From an uncultured Gemmatimonadales bacterium (GTDB lineage Bacteria > Gemmatimonadota > Gemmatimonadetes > Longimicrobiales > RSA9), in contig CAWCRS010000001.1 of assembly GCA_963798085.1 (NCBI GenBank), forward strand, positions 320,001 to 384,000: DNA of 64,000 nt, read 5' to 3'. The notes under the pieces are model-generated. The model was not told where the DNA came from and did no database searches. It saw only the letters and a program-made list of their open reading frames with translations. The translations under genes and the position numbers were made by a program. Of this stretch, positions 25,386-35,833 are shown in pieces. How positions within the stretch are numbered: position 1 is the stretch's first letter; the number at the start of each line of letters is the position of its first letter.

Positions 25386-28091
25386 CTATTCTCCGGCCTG
25401 CTTGCGCATCACGGCCAGGCGCAATGCCTCGCGTGTCGGATCGGAGGCGACGAACAGGTCGTCAGGGAACCGGCGATAGCGCAGCATCTCGTCGTAGATC
25501 GTGCCTTCCTGGTACAGATTCAGGCCCATGCCCGCGAGGTACTGCAGCCGCAGATTGCGGTCGGTGTTGATCGCCGCGCCCTTGAGCCACGGCGCCAGGT
25601 CCTGCCCGCGGCCGGCCCAGGTGGAGAGCAGATCGATCGCGGAGTAGAACTGCACATCACCCAGCGACAGCAGCACGGGCATGTAGTCGGGGCGGTGCAG
25701 GCGCTCCTGCATGGCGTCCACATCGATGGGCGACGCATCCAGCTGGCCGGAAACCACCAGATCGTAACCGCGACCGTCAATGTCGTTGCCCCACACGTTG
25801 CCGTGCGGGAAGACATCGAAGAAGGTGGCCATCTCGCTCTTCACCACGTCCGTCGTGCTCTCGTACAGCGGCACCCACTGCGTGATCACGCCGCCCGGAT
25901 TCAGGTGGCGTTTCACCAGATCGAAGTACTCCTTCGTGTACAGTGTGGCGGCGCCCTTGACCCATGGATGGATGGGGTCGGACGTGATGACGTCGAACTT
26001 CTGATCCGTGGTGAGCACGAAGTGGCGCGCATCATCGTAGACCACGGTGACGCGCGGGTCCTTCAGCACATCGTAGTTCTGTTCGCTGAAAAAGCGCGAC
26101 ACGACCTGCGGTATGAGCGGCTCGATTTCGCAGATGACGATGCGCTCGATGTCCGGGTAGCGCACGAACGTGCCCGCCGTAACACCCGCGCCGAAGCCGA
26201 CGATCAGCACCGACTTCGGGTGCGGGTGCAGCAATGCCGAAAGATGACCCAGCATGCGCTGCAGCCGCATGTCCGAGGGCTCCGTGCTCGCCTCGATCTT
26301 GCCGCTGACGTGGAAATTGCGCACGCCGTTGGACAGCTGTGTCACCGCCACGTCCGCATTCATGCCTTCGCCCATGTACAGCACATTGGGCACGAAGTCC
26401 TTGGTCACCAGGTACCGGCCGTACGCGACGAGGCCGCCCGGCAGGGGCGGCATGGTGCGCAGCAGCACGATGGTCACCACGAGTGACACGGCCAGTGCCA
26501 GCGCGTGCCCCGGCCCGTACGCGGGCCGCACGGCATCGCCCTCCGCGACCGGCTTCCCGGCGAACAGTGGCGCCAGCATCAGCAGTCCGGCCGCGGCCGA
26601 AATCGCAGCCAGCAGGCGCTGCGACTGCTGTGTGCCCAGTGTGGGAATGAAGAACATGCTGAAGGCCAGCGATCCGAGGATGGCGCCCACCGTGTTGGCC
26701 GCGTACACGCGGCCCACCATTTGAGCGGGATCCCGTCCCTCCATGTGAGCACGACGCCCGGACGCGGTGTGCGCTTCACCGGCGACCCGGTCCGGAGCCC
26801 GTCCTTCCGTTCGCGCCCCCCGAGAGGCGGGGGCGTGCCTGCCGTCGGCCCCGCCTTCGAAACCGGCCGCGACCGCGAGTGCCAGCGGGAAGCTCGCGCC
26901 CCAGAGCACGGCGGGCGGCAGGATGGCCCAGAGACAGCGCACGAGGTCGAGCTGGAAATTGAACCAGGCGCTCGTCGCCAGCGACGGATTGATGGGCCAC
27001 CACGGCAGCGAGCGGCCGATCATGTTCGCGGTCCAGGCAATGCCCGCGACGAGCAGCATCTGGCACCAGCCTAGTGTGGCCCGCGGGTTGCCCGCCGTGC
27101 GCGCCAGCATGGAGCCCGCGCTGCTGCCGATGCCCAGCCCGATCAGGAACACGGCCAGGATGATGGAGAACGTGTAGACGGAGGCGCCCAGCAGCAGTGA
27201 CAGCTCGCGCGTCCAGATGACTTCGGCGCCCAGCGCGGTCAGGCCCGAGAGTGCGATCGCCACGTAGACCGCCCACGCCTGGCGGCGCTGCGCCGGCGCG
27301 TCGAACAATGGCGTCGCCTTCAAACCGTCTGTTAGAGACTCCTGCATGCCCTGCGCGGCGGGCGCTTCCGTGCTCCGGCCCGCGTGCCCGGGCCGGCGGG
27401 CGGCCAGCGTGAGCCCCAGCGCCGCAATCGCCAGGTTGATGGCAACCGCGACATACGTGGCGAACGCCATGTCGTGCACACGCAGCAGGTAGAAGCCCGC
27501 GAGCAGGCAGCCGAACACGGCGCCGCCGATATTCGCCGTGTAGAACAGGCCCAGCCAGGAAACGCCCGCGGGTGTGGTCTCGATCCAGCGCGAGATGGCG
27601 GGCAGCGTGGCGCCCATCAGCAGCGTGGGCGGCAGCAGGAACAGCGTGCTGACCAGGCCGCGCAGCAGCAGACCAATGAAGCCGTGTCCCGCGTTCGCCG
27701 TGTACAGCCCGCCCACGAGTGGCAGTCCGAACAGCACGAACAGCGCGATCAGGCCGATGCCCAGCTCGAGCAGCGCATAGACGCGCAGCGGATGGTGCCG
27801 CGCGCTGATCAGGCGAGGCAGCAGCAGACTGCCCGCGCACATGCCGCCCATGTATGTGGCCAGCAGGAGCCCCAGCGAGATCCCGGACGAGCCCAGCACC
27901 AGCTCCAGCAGCTGGAACCAGACGATCTCATAGATCAGTGCCGCGCAGCCGCTGCCAATGAAGAGACCGAGCACGAGCGGGTTGAGGCCGCCGGTCTGCC
28001 TGGCGGCGCTGTTCACGGCGGCAGTCGCGGGGCCCGGTGTCACCAGCGGTGCGGCAGTGGCGCGGGGTGTAGGAATGTTGCGTTTGGGCAT
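25386..28091 (-). CDS. Fused MFS / spermidine synthase-like protein
   Basis: SGCAALIYEIVW multi-TM repeats; VLIVGFGAGVT, EIEP, DDARHF, FDVITSDPIHPW. Confidence 0.88.
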   Translation of the reverse strand: MPKRNIPTPRATAAPLVTPGPATAAVNSAARQTGGLNPLVLGLFIGSGCAALIYEIVWFQLLELVLGSSGISLGLLLATYMGGMCAGSLLLPRLISARHHPLRVYALLELGIGLIALFVLFGLPLVGGLYTANAGHGFIGLLLRGLVSTLFLLPPTLLMGATLPAISRWIETTPAGVSWLGLFYTANIGGAVFGCLLAGFYLLRVHDMAFATYVAVAINLAIAALGLTLAARRPGHAGRSTEAPAAQGMQESLTDGLKATPLFDAPAQRRQAWAVYVAIALSGLTALGAEVIWTRELSLLLGASVYTFSIILAVFLIGLGIGSSAGSMLARTAGNPRATLGWCQMLLVAGIAWTANMIGRSLPWWPINPSLATSAWFNFQLDLVRCLWAILPPAVLWGASFPLALAVAAGFEGGADGRHAPASRGARTEGRAPDRVAGEAHTASGRRAHMEGRDPAQMVGRVYAANTVGAILGSLAFSMFFIPTLGTQQSQRLLAAISAAAGLLMLAPLFAGKPVAEGDAVRPAYGPGHALALAVSLVVTIVLLRTMPPLPGGLVAYGRYLVTKDFVPNVLYMGEGMNADVAVTQLSNGVRNFHVSGKIEASTEPSDMRLQRMLGHLSALLHPHPKSVLIVGFGAGVTAGTFVRYPDIERIVICEIEPLIPQVVSRFFSEQNYDVLKDPRVTVVYDDARHFVLTTDQKFDVITSDPIHPWVKGAATLYTKEYFDLVKRHLNPGGVITQWVPLYESTTDVVKSEMATFFDVFPHGNVWGNDIDGRGYDLVVSGQLDASPIDVDAMQERLHRPDYMPVLLSLGDVQFYSAIDLLSTWAGRGQDLAPWLKGAAINTDRNLRLQYLAGMGLNLYQEGTIYDEMLRYRRFPDDLFVASDPTREALRLAVMRKQAGE

Positions 28092-28300
28092 GATGGTGAG
28101 GCGACTCCGTTCGATCATCCTGTGGAGGCAGAACCGGCAAGATGCCGGTGGCCGGAGCATCTCGTCCAGCCGAACGGGACAGTCCGGGCGCCCGCTTCGC
28201 CGTACAGATCCGCTGCCGCCACGACCCGTACCGGACAAGGGGCGTCGTACGGCCGGGGCACGTACCCCGAGCGCGCAGGATCCACTACTTTGCGGCTCTT

Positions 28301-29044
28301 ATGAGCTTCCAGGACCATTTCAGTCGACACGCGTCCGACTACGCCCGTTTCCGGCCGTCCTACCCTGCCGCCTTGTTCGAATGGCTCGCCTCGCTCACCA
28401 GCGCACACGATCTGGCGTGGGACTGCGGCACGGGCAATGGCCAGGCGGCGGTCGGTCTGGCCGCCCACTATGCGCGCGTCCACGCCACGGATCCAAGCGA
28501 GCCGCAGCTGGCCAATGCGACAATGCATGCGCGCGTGCACTACCAGCAGACCCCGGAGCGGGCTTCCGGATTGCTACGCGCGAGCGCCGACCTGGTCGCG
28601 GCGGCGCAGGCCTTTCACTGGTTCGATGCGGACGCGTTCTTCGGCGAAGCACGCCGAGTGCTGCGCCCGGGCGGCGTCGTCGCCATCTGGTGCTACACGG
28701 TGCCCGGGATCGAGCCCGGCCTGGATGCGGTGATCCGGCATTTTCACGACCATGTCGTGGGCCCGGACTGGCCGCTCGGCCGCGAGCAGGTCAACCTCGG
28801 GTATCGTAACGTCGCGTTTCCCTTCCCCGAACTGAAACCTCCGCATCTGGCCATCGAGCGGGCGCTCGATCTGCGCGCGTTCATTGCATACATCGCGACA
28901 TGGTCTGCCGTACAACGCCAGCGCGCGCGCACCGGCAGGGATCCCGTGCCCGCGTTCGAGGCGGACCTGGCCGGCCTGTGGGGCGACGCGGCAGCCGCCC
29001 GCCTGGTGCGCTGGCCCATTGAGATGCGGGTGGGGCGCTGCTGA
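28301..29044 (+). CDS. Class I SAM-dependent methyltransferase
   Basis: FQDHFS..YARFRPSYP, WDCGTGNGQAA, AQAFHWFD, RVLRPGG. Confidence 0.9.
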   Translation: MSFQDHFSRHASDYARFRPSYPAALFEWLASLTSAHDLAWDCGTGNGQAAVGLAAHYARVHATDPSEPQLANATMHARVHYQQTPERASGLLRASADLVAAAQAFHWFDADAFFGEARRVLRPGGVVAIWCYTVPGIEPGLDAVIRHFHDHVVGPDWPLGREQVNLGYRNVAFPFPELKPPHLAIERALDLRAFIAYIATWSAVQRQRARTGRDPVPAFEADLAGLWGDAAAARLVRWPIEMRVGRC

Positions 29045-29097
29045 TGCGCCCAAACACTGTGTTACCCGGTACGTCACCACTGTCAGGAGTGCGGATC

Positions 29098-31188
29098 ATG
29101 AAGCGATCGCTGCTGATTCTGCTGCTGGCGGGCGGCTCGCCGTTGCTGCTCGCGTCACCGGTCCGCGCCCAGCGCGCCGGCCTCGCCCCACGGAACTGGC
29201 CGGAGCGCGCCATCCGCCACGACATCCCCATGACCGACATGATCCGGCGCGCCTTCGCCGCCGGCACCCGCGATTCCACGGGCCGGCCCGGCGCGAAGTA
29301 CTGGCAGCTGTGGCTGGACTACACGATCAATGCGAAGCTCGATCCGGAGAGTTCGACGCTCACGGGTCACGAGACCGTCGTCATTCACAATAACAGCGAC
29401 AGCGCCATGACCTCCATCGTCATGCGCCTCGATCAGAACATTTTCCGCGGCAGTGTGTCCAGGGCCGCGCCAACGGTGCCGTCCGAGATCACGGATGGCA
29501 TGGTACTCACTCGCCTCGCGCTGAACGGCCAGGCTGTGGATCTGGATGCGCAGCCCGCGTTCGGCCGCGGCGGCAGAGGCGGGCGCGGCGGTGGTGGTGG
29601 CCTGACCGAGCCCATGCTGACGGGGGCGACACAGACCTCCGCCCGTCTTCTCCTGCCCTCGCCCGTCGCGGGGAAGTCCAGCGCCATGCTCGATATCGAC
29701 TGGCATTTCAAGCTGGCCGGCGGACCGGGCGGCAGCGGCCATCGCATGACGGCGAGGTGGGCGGACTCACTGTACCAGGTGACGCAGTGGTATCCGCGCA
29801 TTGCCGTGTTCGATGATCTGCGACAGGGCGGCTGGGACACCGATCCGTATCTCGGCCCCTCCGAGTTCTACAACAACTTCGGTCGCTTCGATGTGCGCAT
29901 TGACGTGCCCGCGGGCTGGATCGTGGGTGCGACCGGCGTGCTGCAGAACGCGCAGGACGTGCTGACTCCGGTCGCCCGCGAGCGGCTCTCGCACGTGCTC
30001 GAGTCCAACGACACGCGCATGATCGTCAGCGCGGATGAGGCCGGACCGGGCCGTGCTACGGCTGCTGGCGACCGGCTGGTCTGGCACTTCGTCGCGGATA
30101 CCGTGAACGATTTCGCCTGGGGCACGGCGAAACAGTTCGTGTGGCAGGCGACGCGCGCCACGATTCCCGGCCGTGGTCCCGTGCCCGTGAACATGTATTT
30201 CCTGCCGGGCAATGCGTCGCGCTACGAGAACGCACCGGAAGCGGGCCGTCACGCACTCGAGTTCTACTCGAAGCTCTGGATGCCGTATTCGTTCCCGCAG
30301 CTCACCATGCTCGACGGACCGGACACGGGCATGGAGTATCCCATGCTCATCATGTCCAACCAGGGTGCGGCCGATCACGAGACCGGCCATTCCTGGTGGC
30401 CCATGACCGTGAGCAACAACGAGACCTGGTACGGCTGGATGGACGAGGGCTTCAACCAGTACATGAACATCCTGTCAGGCGCCGATGCGCGCGGCCAGCC
30501 GCCCGCGCTCGATGGCCGTGGCCAGAGCTACGGCCAGCGCAGCGGCAACGAGCAGGAGGGCGCGCTCATGTGGGACGCCAACTACGGCGGCCCGGGCTAC
30601 TCCTACCAGGCGTACAGCAAGACGCCGCTCATGCTGTCCATGCTGGGCGGCATTGTGGGCGACTCGGCGGTCTGGCGGGCGCACAGCGACTATGCGAAGG
30701 CCTGGCGCTTCAAGCACCCCTCGCCCTGGGACTACATGTTCTTCATGAGCCGCGCGCTGCGGCAGGACCTGGGCTGGTTCTGGTATTACTGGCTGTTCAC
30801 CACGGAAGCGGTGGACGGCTCCATCCAGAATGTGGCCACCAGCGGCACGCACACCGTGATAACCGTGCGTCAGGATGGCCCGATGCCTTCGCCCGTGGTG
30901 CTCCGCCTGCAGCTGGCCGGCAGCGGCGCACTGCCCGCCATCCCTAACAGCGTGCAAGTGGACGCCGGCACGGTGGACGTGACCTGGCCGGTGGCTGTCT
31001 GGTTCAACGGCAGTCGCACGTTCCAGGCGACCGTGGACCTGGGCGCCCGCCGCCTCGAGAAGGTCACGCTGGATCCGCACGGTCGCTTCCCTGACAGCGA
31101 CGTGAGCGACAACACCTGGCCCCGCGATCCCAACGCGACGCCCGCGCGCGGCCGGGGCCGCGGCCGCGGCGGCGCACTTCCCGACTGA
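29098..31188 (+). CDS. Secreted M1-family metallopeptidase
   Basis: Signal peptide; GMEYP, HETGH and downstream WMDEG zinc motifs; QWYPRIAVFDD. Confidence 0.85.
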   Translation: MKRSLLILLLAGGSPLLLASPVRAQRAGLAPRNWPERAIRHDIPMTDMIRRAFAAGTRDSTGRPGAKYWQLWLDYTINAKLDPESSTLTGHETVVIHNNSDSAMTSIVMRLDQNIFRGSVSRAAPTVPSEITDGMVLTRLALNGQAVDLDAQPAFGRGGRGGRGGGGGLTEPMLTGATQTSARLLLPSPVAGKSSAMLDIDWHFKLAGGPGGSGHRMTARWADSLYQVTQWYPRIAVFDDLRQGGWDTDPYLGPSEFYNNFGRFDVRIDVPAGWIVGATGVLQNAQDVLTPVARERLSHVLESNDTRMIVSADEAGPGRATAAGDRLVWHFVADTVNDFAWGTAKQFVWQATRATIPGRGPVPVNMYFLPGNASRYENAPEAGRHALEFYSKLWMPYSFPQLTMLDGPDTGMEYPMLIMSNQGAADHETGHSWWPMTVSNNETWYGWMDEGFNQYMNILSGADARGQPPALDGRGQSYGQRSGNEQEGALMWDANYGGPGYSYQAYSKTPLMLSMLGGIVGDSAVWRAHSDYAKAWRFKHPSPWDYMFFMSRALRQDLGWFWYYWLFTTEAVDGSIQNVATSGTHTVITVRQDGPMPSPVVLRLQLAGSGALPAIPNSVQVDAGTVDVTWPVAVWFNGSRTFQATVDLGARRLEKVTLDPHGRFPDSDVSDNTWPRDPNATPARGRGRGRGGALPD

Positions 31189-31250
31189 AAACGGCGACTG
31201 TACGCGTGAACAGGCGCCCCGTGGAACTTCCACGGGGCGCGCCGTTTTTC
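31188..31250 (+). terminator. Rho-independent terminator
   Basis: GCGCCCCGTGGAA-C-TTCCACGGGGCGC stem (31214-31240) followed by GCCGTTTTT; outer AAAACGGCG/CGCCGTTTT pairing. Confidence 0.7.
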
Positions 31251-31408
31251 TGCTCGCCGCCTGCTGACGACACTTTAACAGATCCGGGCGGTGCTGCATC
31301 CATCGGACAGGACGATGACAACGTCCTGTCGCAAGGATGGATCCTGTGTATTCGATCAGCGGTACCGCAGGGGCACCGCGTTCGATGCAGCATGGAGAAG
31401 GAGGCACC

Positions 31409-31969
31409 ATGAGACTCGATCGTCCGTTCGTATCGCGAACGCTGGCAGTGCTGCTGGCCGTTCCTCTGGCCGCCGCCCTCATGGCGGGCCCCGCCAGCGC
31501 GCAGGGCCGGGGGCGGGGCAACAAGGGCCGTGACGATCACGATCGTGACCGCGGCCGCGACGCGCACGTCGTGGCGCACCTGCCGCCCGGACATGCCCGT
31601 GTCATGGTGGGCAGCAACGCATACTTCTTCAACGGCGGCCTGTTTTACCGCGAAGTACCGCACGGCTATTCCGTGGTGCGCGCCCCGCGTGGCGCCGTGG
31701 TGACTGCACTGCCCCGCGGCTTCGCCAATGTATTCCTCGGACCCCGGCACTTCGCGTTCTATCTCGGCGTCTTCTACGAGTGGCGCCCCGATCACCGCAA
31801 CTACGTCGTGGTCGATGCGCCCTACGGCGCCGAGATCCGCGTGCTGCCGCGTGGCTACACGACCCGCCAGGTGAGAGGCGAGGTCTACTACGTCTACGAT
31901 GACGTCTACTACCGCCCTGTGCGCCGCAACGGCGTCACCATGTATGTGGTCACGCGTGTCACCTTCTGA
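31409..31969 (+). CDS. Secreted DUF6515-like protein
   Basis: Signal peptide; three repeats of LP.G...V....Y....G.FY....GY.VV.AP.GA; AGGAGG RBS. Confidence 0.75.
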   Translation: MRLDRPFVSRTLAVLLAVPLAAALMAGPASAQGRGRGNKGRDDHDRDRGRDAHVVAHLPPGHARVMVGSNAYFFNGGLFYREVPHGYSVVRAPRGAVVTALPRGFANVFLGPRHFAFYLGVFYEWRPDHRNYVVVDAPYGAEIRVLPRGYTTRQVRGEVYYVYDDVYYRPVRRNGVTMYVVTRVTF

Positions 31970-31986
31970 GCCGCGAGGCCACCGCT

Positions 31987-32471
31987 TCCACCGCGGAGAG
32001 CGGCGAGGACGCTGAGACAACGCGGAGAACGGATTCAGTTTTTCACACACTGGATCGGTCATCAGCTGGAGGCACAGAGGCAGGGGCTTTACAGCGGCAT
32101 GAGCAAGACAAGAACGGAACGGATCCGCTTTCACACAGTGGCCACAGGGCTTCGGAGGACGGACTCACAGCGGGATTCAAGTGCATTTCTGCAGTGAACG
32201 AGAGTTGTTTCAACGAACAGATTCTGCGTTCCGGCACGGGTGGTGCTCGTCGTTGCGTGCCGTACTGAACTCCTCCGTTCACCGCAGCGTACCCGCTGAT
32301 TCGAATCCGTCCTCCGAACCCCTGTGGCCTCTGTGTGAAAACGGATCCGTTTCCGTTGTCTTTCTCACGCCCGCCCTGAATCCCTTCCTCGGTGCACTCC
32401 CCGCCTCCATGCAAGAACAGTCGTCCGTTCTCAGCGTCCGTTCTACTCGCCTTCGCTGCCTCCGCGGTGAA
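31987..32471. repeat. Large nested inverted-repeat element
   Basis: 49-bp arms 32118-32166 / 32303-32351 (4 mismatches), inner arms 32189-32206 / 32268-32287, looser outer arms near 31987-32037 / 32423-32471. Confidence 0.75.
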
Positions 32472-32540
32472 GCCGCGCCCGGTTTGACGACCCGCCCTCC
32501 GCCTCTGTATCCTCCGAACGCACTGACAGGAGGTGTCCAC

Positions 32541-35500
32541 ATGTCGCTCCGCTGCCTCGGCGCTGCCGCGCTGTTCCTCGGCCTTGCTAACACACCATTG
32601 CGGGCGCAGCAGGCCTTCGCCCCGCCCGCGTCGCTCCTGCAGGAGCTCCGCTGGCGCAATATCGGGCCGCTGCGTGGCGGACGGACACGCTCGGCTGCGG
32701 GCGTGCCCGGCCAGCCGTACACCTTCTACATCGGCGTCTGCAACGGCGGCGTCTGGAAGACCACTGACGCCGGGCGAACCTGGGTGCCCATCTTCGACGA
32801 CCAGCCCACGCAGTCGATCGGCACGGTCGTGGTCGCGCCCTCCAATCCGAACGTCATTTACGTGGGCAGCGGCGAGGGCCTGCAGCGGCCGGACCTGTCG
32901 GTGGGCAACGGCGTCTACAGGTCGACCAATGCCGGCCGCACATGGACCCACGGGGGCCTGCGCGATGCGCAGCAGATCGCCAACATCGCGGTCGACCCGG
33001 GCAATCCTGACAGACTGTTTGTCGCCGCACTGGGCCATCCCTACGGCCCCAATCCGGAGCGGGGCGTCTACCTGTCGACCAATGGCGGCCAGACGTTCAA
33101 GCCGGTGCTGCAGCGCGGCGAAGACACGGGCGCCAATGACGTCGACATCGATCCCACGAATTCGTTTGTCGTTTATGCCACTCTCTGGGAGGGACGGCAG
33201 GGGCCGTGGGAGAATGCGGCCTGGGGCGGACCGGGCGGCATCTTCAAGTCGACGGATGGCGGCGCCACGTGGAAGCCGTTGACCAATGGCCTGCCCGACG
33301 GCTACGGCCAGGTCAATCTCGCCATTGCACCCAGCAACCCCCGCCGCATCTACGCCACGGTTGCCGGACAGGGCGTGGGCATTTACCGCTCCGATGATGC
33401 GGGCGAGAGCTGGACACGCATCACCACGGACAATCGGCCTGCCGGCCGCATCGGTGGCGGCGATCTGCCCGTGCCCATCGTCAATCCGAAGAATCCGGAC
33501 ATGCTCGTCATGGCCAGCACCGTGTCCTGGAAATCGGTGGATGGCGGTCGCACCTGGGCGCCACTCAAGGGAGCGCCGGGCGGCGAGGACTATCAGGGCG
33601 GCTGGATCAATCCCGACAACCCGGACATCATGATGCTCGTCGCCGACCAGGGCGCGGTGGTCACACTCAATGGCGGCGAGACCTGGAGCGCCTGGTACAA
33701 CCAGTCGACCGCGCAGCTCTATCACATTGCCGCCGACAACGACTTTCCCTACCGCCTCTGCAGCGGCCAGCAGGAGAGCGGCTCCGCCTGTGTCTCCAGC
33801 CGTGGCAACTACGGCGCCATTTCCGAGCGCGACTGGCTGCCCGTCGGCGTCGATGAGTACGGCTACGCCGCGCCCGACCCGCTGAACCCCGACCTCGTCT
33901 ACGGCGGCCGCAGCGTGACGCGCTTCGACCGGCGCACGGGTCAGGTCTCGAGTGTCGGGCCCGTGGCCGGCGGCCGCGCTGGTGGCGGCGGCGGCTTCCG
34001 CACGGTGCGCACGCAGCCGGTCGTCTTCTCCGTGGCCGACCCGCACGCGCTCTACTTTGGTAACAACGTGTTATGGAAGACGCTGGACGGCGGACTGCAC
34101 TGGCAGCAGGTCAGTCCGGACCTGACGCGCAAGAGCTACGAGCTGCCCAAGAGCATCGGGAAATACGCCGACCCCGCCGAAGTCACGCAGCGCGGCGTCA
34201 TCTACACCATTGGTCCTTCCTACATCAGCGCGGCACGCATCTGGATCGGCACGGACGATGGCGTGATCCAGACCACCGCGGATGGCGGACTGCACTGGCA
34301 GGACGTGACGCCGCCGCAGATCGGGCCGTTCTGGAAGGTGTTCATGATGGAGCCCGGCCGTTTCTCCGCGCTCACCGCCTACGCCGCCGTGAACACCATG
34401 CGCATCGATGACATGCGCCCGCATTTCTACCGCACGCATGACGGCGGAAAGACGTGGACGGAGATCGTGAACGGGCTGGGCGACGACGCGGGCGCCGCGA
34501 ATTCGATTCGCGAAGACCCGGTGCGGCGGGGCCTGCTCTTCGCCAGCACGGAGCGCGGGGTGTTCGCCTCCTGGGATGATGGCGACCACTGGCAGTCGCT
34601 CCAGCTCAACCTGCCCGCCTCCTCCGCCCGCGACATCCTCGTCAAGGACCAGGACCTGGCCGTGGCCACGCACGGCCGCGGCTTCTGGATCCTGGACGAC
34701 ATCACGCCGCTGCGGCAGCTGGATGCACGCACGCTGGATGCTGACGCCGTGTTATTCAAGCCGGGCAGCGCGTGGCGGGTGCGCCCGAACCTGAGCACGG
34801 ACATGCCCTGGCCCAAGGAAGAGCCGACCGGCGAGAATCCGCCCGACGGCGCGGCCATCGACTACTATCTGAAGGGCGCCGCGAACGGCGAAGTCGTGCT
34901 CGAGATCGTGGATCAGGCCGGTCGCCTGGTGCGCCGTTACTCGAGCAGTGACCCGGTGACGCCCGTTCCCGATGCTGCTAACACGCCTGTTCCGTTGTAC
35001 TGGTACCGTGCGCCACAATCGCTCGCCGCCGCGGCCGGACTGCATCGCTTCTACTGGGATCTGCACTATCAGCCGCTGACGGGCGGTGGCGGCGGCGGAC
35101 GGGGCGGCCTTTCCATTGGCGCGATTCCGCACAAGACCGCGCCCTCGCCCGGCACGCCCTGGGTGGCGCCCGGCACGTACACCGTGCGACTGACTGCGAA
35201 CGGCCACACCTCCACACAGCCCATGACGGTGCGTCAGGACCCGCGCGTCCACACACCCGCGCTGGTCATGCAGCAGGTCTACACGACGACGGCGTTCCTG
35301 TATTACGGCGCGCTCAGCGCGCAGGAAGCCGCCGCGCAGGTGGCGGCCATGCGCGAACAGGCGAGTCAGCTGAAGTCGCAGGCCACCGGCGCAACCGCCA
35401 CGGCGCTCGCGCAGTTCGACACGCACGCCGAAGCACTCGCGGGACAGGCCCCGGGCGAGGCGGCGAGCGGCGCGCGCGGTGGACGGGGTGGACGCGGCGG

Positions 35501-35762
35501 CGGTCGCGGCGGCCGCGGCGGCGGTGCGCCCGCCGCGCCACCGGAATCGCTACCCGGCGTGGCCGCGTCGCTCGCCGGCCTGATGAACTCGCTGCAGGGG
35601 GCGGACGTTGCGCCCACCGCCGTGCAGCTCGCGGCCATCACCGAGGCAAGGCAGCGCGCCAGTGCGGTGATGGCGAAATGGGCGACATTGAAAGGCACGG
35701 AGCTGGTCGCACTGAATCTGAAGCTGAAGGCGGCCGGTCTGCAGCCGATCACCGCGCAATGA
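32541..35762 (+). CDS. Secreted VPS10/sortilin-like BNR (Asp-box) repeat glycosyl hydrolase-like protein
   Basis: WRNIGPLRGGR start; many S/T.D.G.TW Asp boxes; ATHGRGFWILDD; AGGAGG RBS before ATG 32541. Confidence 0.87.
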   Translation: MSLRCLGAAALFLGLANTPLRAQQAFAPPASLLQELRWRNIGPLRGGRTRSAAGVPGQPYTFYIGVCNGGVWKTTDAGRTWVPIFDDQPTQSIGTVVVAPSNPNVIYVGSGEGLQRPDLSVGNGVYRSTNAGRTWTHGGLRDAQQIANIAVDPGNPDRLFVAALGHPYGPNPERGVYLSTNGGQTFKPVLQRGEDTGANDVDIDPTNSFVVYATLWEGRQGPWENAAWGGPGGIFKSTDGGATWKPLTNGLPDGYGQVNLAIAPSNPRRIYATVAGQGVGIYRSDDAGESWTRITTDNRPAGRIGGGDLPVPIVNPKNPDMLVMASTVSWKSVDGGRTWAPLKGAPGGEDYQGGWINPDNPDIMMLVADQGAVVTLNGGETWSAWYNQSTAQLYHIAADNDFPYRLCSGQQESGSACVSSRGNYGAISERDWLPVGVDEYGYAAPDPLNPDLVYGGRSVTRFDRRTGQVSSVGPVAGGRAGGGGGFRTVRTQPVVFSVADPHALYFGNNVLWKTLDGGLHWQQVSPDLTRKSYELPKSIGKYADPAEVTQRGVIYTIGPSYISAARIWIGTDDGVIQTTADGGLHWQDVTPPQIGPFWKVFMMEPGRFSALTAYAAVNTMRIDDMRPHFYRTHDGGKTWTEIVNGLGDDAGAANSIREDPVRRGLLFASTERGVFASWDDGDHWQSLQLNLPASSARDILVKDQDLAVATHGRGFWILDDITPLRQLDARTLDADAVLFKPGSAWRVRPNLSTDMPWPKEEPTGENPPDGAAIDYYLKGAANGEVVLEIVDQAGRLVRRYSSSDPVTPVPDAANTPVPLYWYRAPQSLAAAAGLHRFYWDLHYQPLTGGGGGGRGGLSIGAIPHKTAPSPGTPWVAPGTYTVRLTANGHTSTQPMTVRQDPRVHTPALVMQQVYTTTAFLYYGALSAQEAAAQVAAMREQASQLKSQATGATATALAQFDTHAEALAGQAPGEAASGARGGRGGRGGGRGGRGGGAPAAPPESLPGVAASLAGLMNSLQGADVAPTAVQLAAITEARQRASAVMAKWATLKGTELVALNLKLKAAGLQPITAQ

Positions 35763-35782
35763 GCTGTTAGCAGCCGGGAAGA

Positions 35783-35807
35783 GGAACGGCGCTGTGTGCG
35801 CCGTTCC
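35783..35807. terminator. Stem-loop between convergent genes
   Basis: GGAACGGCGC-TGTGT-GCGCCGTTCC; no clear U-tract. Confidence 0.55.
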
Positions 35808-35833
35808 CCCCTCCTGCGAACAATACCGCGGTC

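Noticed and set aside
32181..32540. 120-aa N-terminal extension of the VPS10 ORF (and similar extensions at 222, 20138, 28238, 51226)
   Set aside because: Downstream ATGs have better support (RBS, signal peptide or gene overlap), and some extensions run through repeat DNA or neighbouring genes.
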